A stretch of 64,000 bases of DNA from Amphiura filiformis (lineage: Eukaryota). The notes beneath the pieces are model-generated. The model was not told the DNA's origin and did no database searches. It saw only the letters and a program-made list of their open reading frames with translations. A program made the translations under genes and the position numbers. The stretch covers positions 31,212,769 to 31,276,768 of the forward strand of contig NC_092630.1 in assembly GCF_039555335.1 (NCBI RefSeq), given 5' to 3'. This document shows, piece after piece, positions 49,582 through 60,727 of the stretch. Each line of letters starts with the position of its first letter. Positions within the stretch are counted from its first letter, which is position 1.

Positions 49582-49956
49582 GTGAGTCATTTGGTTTTTA
49601 TCGTATCGGAATCGGTACAAATCCTCTCAATTGCCGATCAATTGAACCGTTAAAACTGACTGTAGAGTGCATCCTAATTAATTACTCAGGAAGTGTAGGA
49701 CTTGTCATCATGGTTATTTTTCGTGTAGTACAGATCGGGATTTGTATCGGCTGGTTCAAGGAGAAATTATCGGCAATCGGCGCATTCAGAACTTGGGGTG
49801 ATCGGTTCTTCACTAAATATATTTCTGATGTTAGTAGAGATGTTATATATTTCCATTAAGAAACTATTTCCTATATTCCTATTATCCATGATTCATATAA
49901 AGTGTACTTCCCAGACCATTTCATCATTCATTCAATGCTTGTGTTTTTCCTTACAG

Positions 49957-50089
49957 GAATTAAAGCTAATATTTCCCAATGCCCAGAGGTTAAATCGTGG
50001 TAACTATGAAATGAATCAACTGGTGCAAGCTTGTAGAGCTAATGATGTCACCGATCTTATCATTGTACATGAACATAGAGGAAATCCAG
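49957..50089 (+). CDS. IMP4: IMP4 coding exon ([44 protein letters not shown])
   Basis: It matches human ELKLVFPGAQRMNRGRHEVGALVRACKANGVTDLLVVHEHRGTP. The acceptor is tgtttttccttacag| and the donor is CAG|gttagt. The boundaries are anchored to ORF-track entry 49798..50094. Confidence 0.9.
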
Positions 50090-51144
50090 GTTAGTTGTGT
50101 CAACCAAATCGTCAGTCCTGAAATGCAGATTTTCATTGTATTTTTAGAACGAACAGAAATCCGAAGAGGTCATAATCAATTTTAAAAAGAACAAGCACAG
50201 GCGCCACACCTAGACGTTGATCCACAAGCCTCAGCACATTTCACAGTCATGGGTGATGTTGCCCTGTATGGGACCATGACAACCCCTCTCTGACATTAGA
50301 AAATCCACCAGTACGCGCCTCACTGCGTGTCTAGGTGCTACGCGCCTCGATCCTAGCCGAGGAACTAGGGCTAGTTCTAATCTTGCTGTGCCCCTACAGA
50401 TCCTTAATTTGAGGGCTTTATAATTAGGCCCAAAAAAAAAAATTGTTTGTTTGTCCACGTCCGACCGACCGTGTACCCTGGTCCCGACCGTGTCTCTTTT
50501 TTTTCTTTTTGATTTTTGATTTTTTTTTGGCATCGATGGGACATCGTATAAAACAGTGGTTAGTATAAATTTAAAGAAAGAAAATGTAAAGAAAATTAAC
50601 AGTATAACATGCAGAACCATCTCAAGAGTTAAACCAGTAAAGTGCTGTGTGTTTTGACTTATTTACCAGTCTTCAAATTAAAAAAAAAAAAAAAAAAAAA
50701 AATCCAACCTACCGTCTACCGACCCAACTTTTTCATAAGCCTCTATGGACAAACAAACAATTTTTTTTTTTTTTGGCCTTGGCTTCCTTCAATAAAGTTG
50801 ACTATATGCACCATGTGACTACCAGACCTGGATTAAAACTGAAAGAAATTGTTCTGCAGGATGTGTAAATGAACTTACTGAAATACTACACTACAAGATT
50901 CCTATTGCGGCCACCTTACTTGCATAGTACCAATGCTGCTACTGCACAGCAGTGGTACTATCCCGGGGTACTATACTGGTACCTCCCTGTTATTGCACAG
51001 TACCATGCCAAGTATCATTGGCGACAATGTAACTGTGCAGGTGGCTGCAATAGGAATCTGGCTCACTGTCTTATTGTTAACATTTTAAATCCAAAGTTAT
51101 ATCATATCTTTATCTATATGCTTCCTTTTATTGTTGAATTTCAG

Positions 51145-51299
51145 ATGCTTTGCAAGTTTGTCATCTGCCGTATGGTCCCACAGCATACTTTACATTAATG
51201 AACACAGTAATGCGACATGACATTCCTAATATGGGCACAATGTCAGAAGCATATCCACATCTAATCTTTCACAATTTCAAGTCAAAACTTGGAGAAAGG
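51145..51299 (+). CDS. IMP4: IMP4 coding exon ((D)ALQVCHLPYGPTAYFTLMNTVMRHDIPNMGTMSEAYPHLIFHNFKSKLGER)
   Basis: It matches human GLIVSHLPFGPTAYFTLCNVVMRHDIPDLGTMSEAKPHLITHGFSSRLGKR. The acceptor is gaatttcag| and the donor is AGG|gtaaga. The boundaries are anchored to ORF-track entry 51150..51335. Confidence 0.9.
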
Positions 51300-51529
51300 G
51301 TAAGATTGGTATTTATAAACAGTAAATTGTATTGAATAGTGTAGTAGTAGGAAAAACAATTGCAATCTGTTGTTTATAATGCCATACCAAAAAAGCGTAC
51401 ATGCTGCTCACATGATTGGATTTGAATTGATCATTAGCATATGAGATTGCATTATACTGTGTGGAATGACTTAGTTGTCAGCTAGTTATTTTATTTAGTT
51501 ACTTATGAATGTACACTGTCAGTGATTAA

Positions 51530-51880
51530 GGGGGTATTACACCCCTGCCCAATTTTGTGCCTATTTTTGCATTTTCCTCAAAAATTATAGCGCATTGGTG
51601 ACAAGTAAGATATGTACATTATAGGGGCAAGGACTACAACTATTGCACTGGAAATTTTATTTCAGCACAGACAACAGTTGTGGAGTTACAGTCAAAAATG
51701 AGGGAAAACCAATATTTGATCAATAAATCAATAACTACTTGCCTTGAGTTGCTGAATTTTCAGTGCAGTTGTTGTAGTCCTTGCCACTATAATATACATA
51801 TCTTACTTGTCACCAATGCGCTATTATTCTTGAGAAAAATGCAAAAATAGGCACAATTTGGCCAGGGGTGTAGTACCCCC
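51530..51880. mobile_element. TTAA-flanked MITE copy 3, in IMP4 intron 5
   Basis: TTAA is present at 51526-51529 and 51881-51884. Its interior is about 90% identical to copies 1 and 4. Confidence 0.8.
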
Positions 51881-52059
51881 TTAAAGCTCTTATAAAGTCA
51901 ATTAAAAATAGGATTGTGAATGTGAACAAGCAGACACTAGCTAAAAATCATTGTGTATGGTGAAATAGATAACACAGGATATCTTCCTTCTATAATTCTC
52001 TAGTTTACATCACAACTAATATTGTACGCAATTTTGATTGTATCATTGTTTATTTGCAG

Positions 52060-52154
52060 GTAATGAACATATTAAAGTATTTGTTTCCTGTACCCAAAGA
52101 TGAGAGTAAAAGAGTGATGACATTTGCCAACATGGATGATGTTATCTCATTTAG
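52060..52154 (+). CDS. IMP4: IMP4 coding exon (VMNILKYLFPVPKDESKRVMTFANMDDVISF + AG)
   Basis: It matches human VSDILRYLFPVPKDDSHRVITFANQDDYISFR. The acceptor is tttatttgcag| and the donor is TTTAG|gtaagt. Confidence 0.85.
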
Positions 52155-53276
52155 GTAAGTCATATAGCCTTAGTACCGTACTGACGTGAGTATAGTCCCA
52201 CCTTCGAGTAAAGTCCCACCCCAAATTTTCGAAAAATCTAAGAAATTAAAAAAAAAAATTTTCGGCTTTGGAGTGTCCCAGGACCTAGACCTAAATGCTA
52301 GGATCATTCATGGTTGATTTAAAAAATAATAATTGAATTTTGCATGGTGTTTTGTGTTTTTAATATGAATTTGAATGCATTTTGATATCATTAATAGAGT
52401 ATGACAAACAAAGTATCAATTTTCATATTAAAAACACAAAACACCATGCAAAATTCAAATTTTTTTTTAGGTCAACCATGAATGATCCTAGCATTTAGGT
52501 CTAGGTCCAGGGACACTACAAAACCTTTAAAAAAATTTAATTTTTTTTTTTTTTTGAAATTCGAGTATAGTCCCACCCCCCCAATTTTGAAAAATGTTCA
52601 CCCAAAACGGGGTGGGACTATACTCAGGCATCAGTACGGTAATTGCTAACATAAATTCAAGAGCTTAGAACAGCAACTGGTTTTATCCAGTTGGATTTGG
52701 TCTGTCATATTAGCATGAACGTGAACCAGTGGTGTATTTGGTGGGATTTGTTTTCCATAAAGAATCAAATATTTGAAGTCAAGACCACCATTTTGGATTT
52801 ATCCTTTGTCACTCAACAGATTTAGCCTAGCACAGAAATCTTCAATTTAAGGATTGTACAACTTTATTCCATTAGCTGTTTATAAATTCCTCAATGGAAT
52901 CTATACAATAGTCTAACTCATGAACATATTACACCAAGCATACACCAAATTTTGGACATAGCTAGTTCTGATTTTAAGCCCTTAATTTGTTCCCTGAAAA
53001 GATACACGTAGATGGTGTTTACTAGTTTCGAAGCCAGTAAAAAATAAAAAAACAAGCAGGTTGAGTAGTTAAAATGTGCACAAATTGACTGCAAATGTTT
53101 TTTGTTTGTTTTGGTTTTGGTTTTTTTCTATCATGTTAAATTAGTGTGTTGGTTCCGTTATTGCATCTTGAGCTGAATCAACAGATTATTTTGAAAAATA
53201 AATGCTATTCTGAACCACACATGCCTGTCAATAATGGTTTTGTAACTCATGAGCGTTCGTACTTTATTTTCTTTAG

Positions 53277-53350
53277 ACACCATGTTTACAAGAAAGTTGA
53301 TCATAAAAATATTGAGCTGTCAGAAGTTGGACCAAGGTTTGAAATGAAAT
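53277..53350 (+). CDS. IMP4: IMP4 coding exon ((R)HHVYKKVDHKNIELSEVGPRFEMK + T)
   Basis: It matches human RHHVYKKTDHRNVELTEVGPRFELK. The acceptor is ttttctttag| and the donor is AAAT|gtaagt. The boundaries are anchored to ORF-track entry 53146..53382. Confidence 0.9.
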
Positions 53351-53384
53351 GTAAGTCACATGTTCATCATTACTTTTGTTAGGG

Positions 53385-53875
53385 GCTGTGCAATAATTAT
53401 GTGTACCCCAGGAAAGTGGTCTGCCAAAAATCACTCCCCCCCCCCCTTTTGACAGTGCCAAAGATTTTGCCCTCCCCCCCCTTTGACTTGCCAAAAAACC
53501 TTTCCCCCCCCCCCTTTTGACATGTCAAAAAATCTTTTCCCCCCCTTTTGCACACTAAGATTTATGGGAACCCGAATTTAAAACCTGAAATTGTCTTATC
53601 GTATTTAATGCGAGCGCAGCGAGCAGGAAATATTGCAGATTTGAACGTGTTCCTAATGATTTTCTATGCATTTTTAGGTTGTAATATAGAAACGGTGCCC
53701 AAAATATCTGTCCCAAAAATCGCTTGCCCTCCCCTTTCGACCTGCCAAAAATCGCTTGCCCCCCCCCCCCCTTTTGACCTGCCAAAAAATCTTTGCCCCT
53801 CCCTTTTGGGCTGCCAAAAATCTTGCCACCCCTTTTAATTCACCACCCCGGGGTACACATAATTATTGCACCACC
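53385..53875. mobile_element. MITE (~490 bp; TIR gggctgtgcaataattatgtgtaccccagg / rc) filled with about 32-bp tandem units (tgccaaaaatcgcttgccccc…cttttgacc, ×8). It begins about 35 bp after the IMP4 exon-7 donor.
   Basis: TIRs are at 53388-53412 and 53848-53872. Related unit copies are at 4575-4640, 5270-5330 and 24420-24440. Confidence 0.65.
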
Positions 53876-54356
53876 CCTTAATTCCATTCATTGATTTTGT
53901 GTTTTATTGATGGACCTAAAATTGCAAACAACTTAATGTATGTGATGAAATATAAAGCAACAAGTGTTTATCATATATGTGATGCCACATGGATGGATGA
54001 GTTTATGAATGGTTGGTTGACTGTTGAGCAGAAGAAATATCAATCTAAACACAGCAGCCAATGGACAGGCTGGAAGGGATGTTTGTTTGGCTTATAATTG
54101 GGGGAAAATGATACTCATAACATCGTGTATTGATATAGAATGGGGTGGATGCAGTTTGGCGCAGCACTTAACACTAGTTGTGTGTTGCATAATACATGAA
54201 TTGGGCTCGCTAATGTTAATTTATGCAAGCTCCACAAAAAAATGAATCATTTTCACCAATTATAAGCCACACCGACTATAGAACATATTGACTTGTGATA
54301 TTATAAAGCTTTATTACAAGGTACACGTGTATAAGCAAATAATAAGCTAATTTTAA

Positions 54357-54710
54357 GGGGGTACTACACCCCTGCCCGATTTTGTGCCTATTTTTGCATT
54401 TTTCTCAAAAATTATAGCGTATTGAGGACAAGTAAGATATGTGTATTATAGGGGCAAGGACTACAATTACTGCACTGGAAATTTTATTTCAGCACAGATA
54501 ACAGTTGTGGAGTTACAGTCAAAAATGAGGGAAAACCAATATTTGATCAATAAATCAATAACTACTAGCTTTGAGTTGCTGAATTTTCAGTACAGTAGTT
54601 GTAGTCCTTGCCCCTATAATATATACATATCTCACCTGTCACCAATGTGCTATAATTTTTGAGAAAAATGCAAAAATAGGCACAAAATTGGCCAGGGGTG
54701 TAGTACCCCC
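54357..54710. mobile_element. TTAA-flanked MITE copy 4, in IMP4 intron 7 (right flank mutated to ATTA)
   Basis: TTAA is at 54353-54356, and the right side reads cccccATTAag. ORF-track entries 33603..33818(-) and 54441..54662(+) lie entirely inside these elements and are spurious. Confidence 0.75.
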
Positions 54711-55297
54711 ATTAAGATTAGTGATACTGATTTTCCACTCTACCATCCAAATGCAGTAGTGATAGGTCAAGTTGGTAGGGTGGTAGATCTTGATAATAAA
54801 CTCACACTCATTCTTACAATTGATAATTAATGTTAGAGCTCAATGCATACATAAAGTTGTGGGGCTGTTAATCTGTAATTGTTATTTCATTTTATTTTTT
54901 GCAAAATGCACTAGTATTTTATTAAGTAACACAATAAGTGTTTAAAATTTCAGCAGATGGTGTTGGACTGTTGGTGTAGTGTAATTAGTAGTATATACAT
55001 CCCAATTTGACTTGACCATTTTCCAAGTGATTAGGTTTCTCTGTTATCTGGCTGAGTTGCCACCAAAGGAAACACATGTTTTAACAGCCATGTCATCTTG
55101 TTTGTATGCAGGAGGCAGTTGGAAGCCATACCTTTGTTGTTTTGTTACTGTTTAATGCTGATATAGTATCTGTTCACCTTATTACCCATTCAGGACTTAT
55201 TATGCTAATTGTAGAGGTTTTATTTATAAATCTCAGCTGCTGGTTTTTCACTCATATGGTTCAGTTGTTATAGCATTTCTTTTCCTTTTTCCCACAG

Positions 55298-55413
55298 TAT
55301 ATGAGATCAAACTAGGCACCATAGAGAATGCAGCCACAGCAGATGTAGAATGGGTGCATAGACCATACATGAATACAGCCAAGAAACGAAGACATCTAGC
55401 AGCACAAGAATGA
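55298..55413 (+). CDS. IMP4: IMP4 terminal coding exon including the stop ((L)YEIKLGTIENAATADVEWVHRPYMNTAKKRRHLAAQE*)
   Basis: It matches the human C-terminus LYMIRLGTLEQEATADVEWRWHPYTNTARKRVFLSTE. The acceptor is tttttcccacag| and the stop is TGA at 55411-55413. The summed CDS is about 870 nt, or about 290 aa, which matches the 291-aa human protein. Confidence 0.88.
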
Positions 55414-55424
55414 TGTGCAGTCAA

Positions 55425-55675
55425 TCTGTGATCAGGCCAGGCCCGTACGCAGGAGGGGGAGGTGGTGCGGGGGTGTGGTCGCACCCCCCAAATTGGCAAA
55501 AGTATACAAAAAGTCCAAAAAATTACAATTTGCGAGTGTCAAAAAAGGTCAAAATTTTGGGAAGAAAGTCCACTTTTCACAAAATCGCCTCCCCCTTGGA
55601 AAAAAGTCCACTTTTTCAAAATCAGCACAAACAAAAATCCTGTGTACGGGCCATCCTGGATCAGGCCATGACAAC
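55425..55675. mobile_element. MITE (~250 bp; TIR gatcaggccaggcccgtacgcagg / cctgtgtacgggccatcctggatcaggcc) in the IMP4 3' UTR or flank, beginning about 12 bp after the stop codon
   Basis: TIRs are read directly. ORF-track entries 55410..55679 and 55415..55804 lie within it and are spurious. Confidence 0.65.
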
Positions 55676-55780
55676 TTGACATTCTTTGGGTCATCTGGAA
55701 AGTTAGTGCTGAACAGTTTATCATACTCTTTACAGTATTTGCATTGTGGGTTTACATATATAGCTGATATAGTATACCGT

Positions 55781-56372
55781 AAAACCTCGTCTACAAGCAT
55801 ATAGAGTGCTTTTGATGAAAGCGCCATCCATAGACAAAATTAGAACATCATGGCGTTTTAGCAAATAAATTACCGATTCTGTCGGTCGGACATCCGGGCT
55901 ATCTCTAGTCTCTGGCCCAAACTGCATGTGGCTCACGGTTTGTTGTGAACAACAGAAACCGGCTGTGAAGGAGGCTACATAGCCATGTTGCTGGAGTGAT
56001 ATTCAATTTCGGAAAAAACAACACTCGACCATGGAATTTAATTTTAAGTTTGTCAGTATATAAACGGTAAATCAAGTAAGTTTCTTTCACTCTGAAGACT
56101 TAGAAACGGTTGTTTGATTCCACTGACTATTTGCGATCGAAATTTACATTACACCAATGACAGAAATCATCAACAAAAATCGAATCAGGGACTTGTTTTC
56201 ACTCGAACATCATCAACCGGAAGTGACGTGACACGGACCGACAGAATACAAGCATATACAAACAAATACTATTGTAAGACCATTCTATTTTATCGGGATA
56301 CTTATGGCTGATTCGTTTTAATATAGCCTTCATCAAAATCGCTCTATGCTTGTAGACGATGTTTTACGGTAT
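55781..56372. mobile_element. MITE family A copy 2 carrying a nested insertion (55868-56262)
   Basis: It has the same TIRs as 15183-15412. The interior is replaced or expanded by an inverted copy of the element at 34797-35176. Confidence 0.75.
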
Positions 56373-57857
56373 ATCAGCTGTAAAATTCTGTCACTCCGCA
56401 GCAATTTACAAAATATTACTGCAGGTCAATCCAGGTCACTGCTTCAGTAAGATGTAGTAACTTGCAGTATGTTGCGATAAAAACAGAATGCCATAAAGAT
56501 ATGCACAGCTGCACCCCATTATTATATAGGTTTTAATTGTTTTATAGAAAACTGTCTTTTTTAATTCATTTAAAAGATCATGAAGGAAAAATGTTCTTCT
56601 TGGGACCCAACATATTTTCTCATTTAAACAGGAACAAATTTTTTAATTTAATTTCTTGTCCATTTCACCCTATTAATTTAACCCTAGCTTGGTAACAGTG
56701 CAAATGGGGATCATCAACCTATTTTAAAAACCACATCAACTGGTGCCTGATATTGTGTAAAAAGTTGTCAGAATGGATTTAGATTATATTTATTCAAATT
56801 TAGAATTGTTAGGTCTACCAATATGAAAAGACTTCTTTTATGATGTCTTTAAAAGGTGGTAATGTTTTCAAATAATCAATTTTGATCTTAGAACATATTT
56901 TAGTCTTGAAAATAGTCAAATATGACTTCAATTGAGCCAGCTTATTAGCATTATTGGACTGGTTATAAGGAGCAGCAGCAAATATCCCAATGGTTCATGG
57001 TACTTGGACTGGTTAGGCCAGTTTTCAATTTGCAGAATTCAGAAGAAATTACCTCAAAATGAAAAAATAAATTTAACTGAAACTTTCCTCGTGGGCGAAA
57101 TTAGATTCTTACAAGGAATTTCAAAAAAATGGGGTTGGAAGTGGTTCGACTTCCAAAGATATGAGATTCAAAAAAAGGTTGAAACTCATGGTTTATGGGA
57201 GTTTCTTAGGACACCTTGGTCAGCAGCTTTCTGTGAAGCCCATATTTCTAATAACTGCTTCATATAAATCTCCCAGCGTAAGATTGGTGAATAGAATACA
57301 CACTTGACTTCAGAGTAACAACACCTGTGGAAACAAGATTTTCTATATAAGCTTCTAAAATCATCTTTATTGCAAATCTATAATGAATAGCACCAAAGCT
57401 CTATTTGTAGCATCATTAACAGCATTGTCTTCCATCGTGTTTTTGACTTCTGACATTTTACTATTCAATAGTGAATCAAACTTCCTACATCACAATTAGT
57501 CTTTATTTACTATGAACCCTGCAAACACGTTTTAAACATCATAAAATGTGTTTTGATTTGGTCAAAATGTTCAGTTTTAATAACATTTAAATGTTGGCAT
57601 ACATAAATGTATTATATAAAGGTTATGAAAACGTTTTATATGATAAACACTTCAACAATATGTGACAAATGTTGTCAAAATGTTATTTGTTGCTGTAAAA
57701 TGATTTTTAGCAAACATTTTTGCAAAATATTTTGTCAACACTTAAATAACATTATGTTAGAATGTTTTGCAGCAACTTTTCAAAAAGTGTTATTAAAACG
57801 TTTTATACCCTTTATACACCATTATATAACCTGACATTTAAATGTTTCTATAAAATG

Positions 57858-58134
57858 GGCTATTCCAGTTGAAATCCACACTCCCCCTGTGGAAGATTTT
57901 GGAAATGTGTTCCACAGGGGGCGTATGAATTTCAAATGGAATTGGCACATTAGGCAGCTCCATTTGAAAGTCACGCTCCCTCTGTGAGAGATTCAGGTTG
58001 AAGCATTCTCAGAGGGTGTATGAAATTCAAATGGAGCTGGAATGTGCTAATTCCATTTAAAGTTCATACTCCCTTTGTGGAACATGTTTCCAAAATCTTC
58101 CACAGGGGTAGTGTGGATTTCAAATGGAATAGCA
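57858..58134. mobile_element. MITE/foldback (~275 bp; about 45-bp TIR ctattccagttgaaatccacactccccctgtggaagattttggaaa / rc)
   Basis: The TIRs and an internal two-fold symmetry are read directly. Confidence 0.7.
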
Positions 58135-58152
58135 TTGTTTGTGTTTACTAAG

Positions 58153-58228
58153 GGATGAAATCAAAACTCGACCGGCGGACAGAACCGCCCGGAACCTGCG
58201 GTTGACCGCCGGTCGAGTTTTGATTTCG
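58153..58228. other. GC-rich perfect hairpin (22-bp arms gaaatcaaaactcgaccggcgg / ccgccggtcgagttttgatttc, about 30-nt loop)
   Basis: The perfect inverted repeat is read directly. Confidence 0.75.
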
Positions 58229-59754
58229 ATGACTTCCAAAACATTATTATTACATAGTCTTTATTTAAGCCTAGTTTGTTTCTTTCGAGTTACAATATGT
58301 AAATCAAAGACTTGAAACATCCCAATATGTCAGATTTGAATGTTTAAGTGAAACACATGGAGTTTGACAAGTTATGAATTGAAATAGATTATGCATGATA
58401 AAATCACCTAGTGTGAGCATGTTACACTTCGTCTGGCTGCAGCATATATACGCATGTCAGCTATCAGTAACAACATCACGGAAATCTCTTACTTGATCTA
58501 CACCAGTTTTCATTTAATCACCTAAATCTTTACAAACTATTACTTTTTCACAAGTAGGTATCAACTTATTGCTAACAAAATTCTATACACAGCAATAATT
58601 GTTTGTAATGAAATAAACAAGACAATTAGTATGGAATTTATTTTTGTTGTTTTTTGACAAGTCTGAACGATTAAGGGTGCACTGGATTTTTTCAGCATAT
58701 TCTTAAATTTTTCACAGGGGCATATGTACATCTATGGTGCTATGCCACCATCCCTCATAGTCCCCCTTCTCCCCCTCCTCGGGAGTTGATAAATTACAAG
58801 TGTACAATTTGTATCTCTGCTGGTTAGGCTAGTAAAAGTTGATTCCAAGTTTCCCATCACCGTCCGCACCAAATCACCACTTTTGAATGTTGACAAAAAC
58901 TTTCATTATTTTTATCAAATGAAAAAGTAAATTATCTGAAAATTTTGATGGAAATATCAAATATTTACAACTCTCAAATGCCAGACATGCCCTGTTGATA
59001 TGATTTCAGCAATTTTTAGTTGTAAGGGTAGAGGATGTAGTCAATAATAAAAATGAAAGGATCCCATCATGTTCATGGTGATTACAAAGATTGCAAAGTT
59101 CTTTTCATTTTAATTAAAAAAACCCTCAATATTACTCAAATCTTTTTTCAATCTCAGTGTTGCAAAATGCCTGTAAAGATGACATGGTCTCATGTCAACA
59201 TATAGGTAATAATGAAATACATCCAAATAATGAAATATAAGCGTCACATCAACACTGTACAAAAAATATGTGACTGGAAACTTGACATCAACTTTCATTC
59301 GGGCTTTCATTAGCCCTATAAAGGAAAGTGCAGCTGATTTCAATAAATATTAAAAATGGAAATTTGTGTCTACTTTATTGTACTTGGCCTGTCATAAGCT
59401 CTATGTTATGTACAACATTTATACAAATATACAAATCCCCGTATTTGTTTTTGTTGATTGTAAATAAATATGTACAGATTTGACAGCTAACTTGAAAAGA
59501 GATTGGCTGGTTTATCCAGGTCATCAGACATTCTGAAAATGCTCTAAAGCATGTTGAAATCATTATATTTGATTAGGGCAAAGTATACTGATCAATATGC
59601 CTTTTGTTCAAAGCAAATCGGAAATACGATTTTAACATACGTGTAGTTTTAATTATCAATGTATCTTTGCATACCCGCCCTGTATTTTACAAATTATCAT
59701 GTATGCAAATTAGCTCATTATTATTAATTATGCAAGTATAGAGGGCGAGTAGAC

Positions 59755-59955
59755 AATATACCGTAAAACCCGTCTACAAGCATATAGTGTTTTGATGAAA
59801 GCTAAGTTAATACAAAACAAGCGTAACTATGCCAATACAAAATATTAGTCTTACAATAATACTTGTTCGTATATGCTTGGATCTGTCATTTATTTGCTCA
59901 AACTCCATAATGGCACCTAGATTAATTTAGCTTTCATCAGAAGCACTCTATATAC
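59755..59955. mobile_element. MITE family A copy 3 (left TIR intact, right TIR degenerate)
   Basis: It contains ccgtaaaacccgtctacaagcatatagtgttttgatgaaagc … agctttcatcagaagcactctatatac. Confidence 0.55.
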
Positions 59956-60727
59956 AACACGTTCACTTTGACCATGCATGTTTCAAGTTAAAATTCTGCA
60001 TAATAAAAGTATCCTGAACATTTATGTATTGCTTTCTAGCTAAATATTGGCAAGAAAAAAATAGAGCTTTTTCCGACATTTTCAAGTTACACCTGTACTT
60101 TGATTAGTAGTAAAAACAATATGATACAAAGAACATATCAATTGATGTCTTATGAAAACCGTATGTGCCATTTGCTTCGAACAAAAGTTATTTTGATTAG
60201 TGTTTTATTTACTCTTATCTGTTAAAAAAAACATGCTTAGTGCATTTCCTAATTTGCAGTATATGCCTTAAAATACGTATATTATGCACAAATACTTACT
60301 GAATATTTAAAAACTTTGCATCCAAATCCCAATGTAGTACCTCATCGAAATTTGAATATAATTTCTTTTTAAAAATTCACGTAATCTGCAAAGTCACCAA
60401 AAGTAAACCAAAATTGGTGTTCACTTGGTTGTCGTTTGAATAAAATATACCGATCGCTATCATTTTAATTTTGATTCAAGAAAATAATACTGTTAAAATT
60501 GAGATTTTCTGGCATTCTAGATACCTAACCAGATAAACCATTTATAGAACTAAACGTATAACCATCGTACATTTTGTATATCTAAAGATTAAAAATTCAA
60601 ACCTACAATGTAGATTAGAATTAATATTCAATCATCGTTTATATCTTCTTTAGCGTCGAGAACTTTCAACTGTTCAAATGGGAAAGCTACCCAAGGTTTA
60701 GTGAGTGAGTATATCTCGTTGCGTCAT

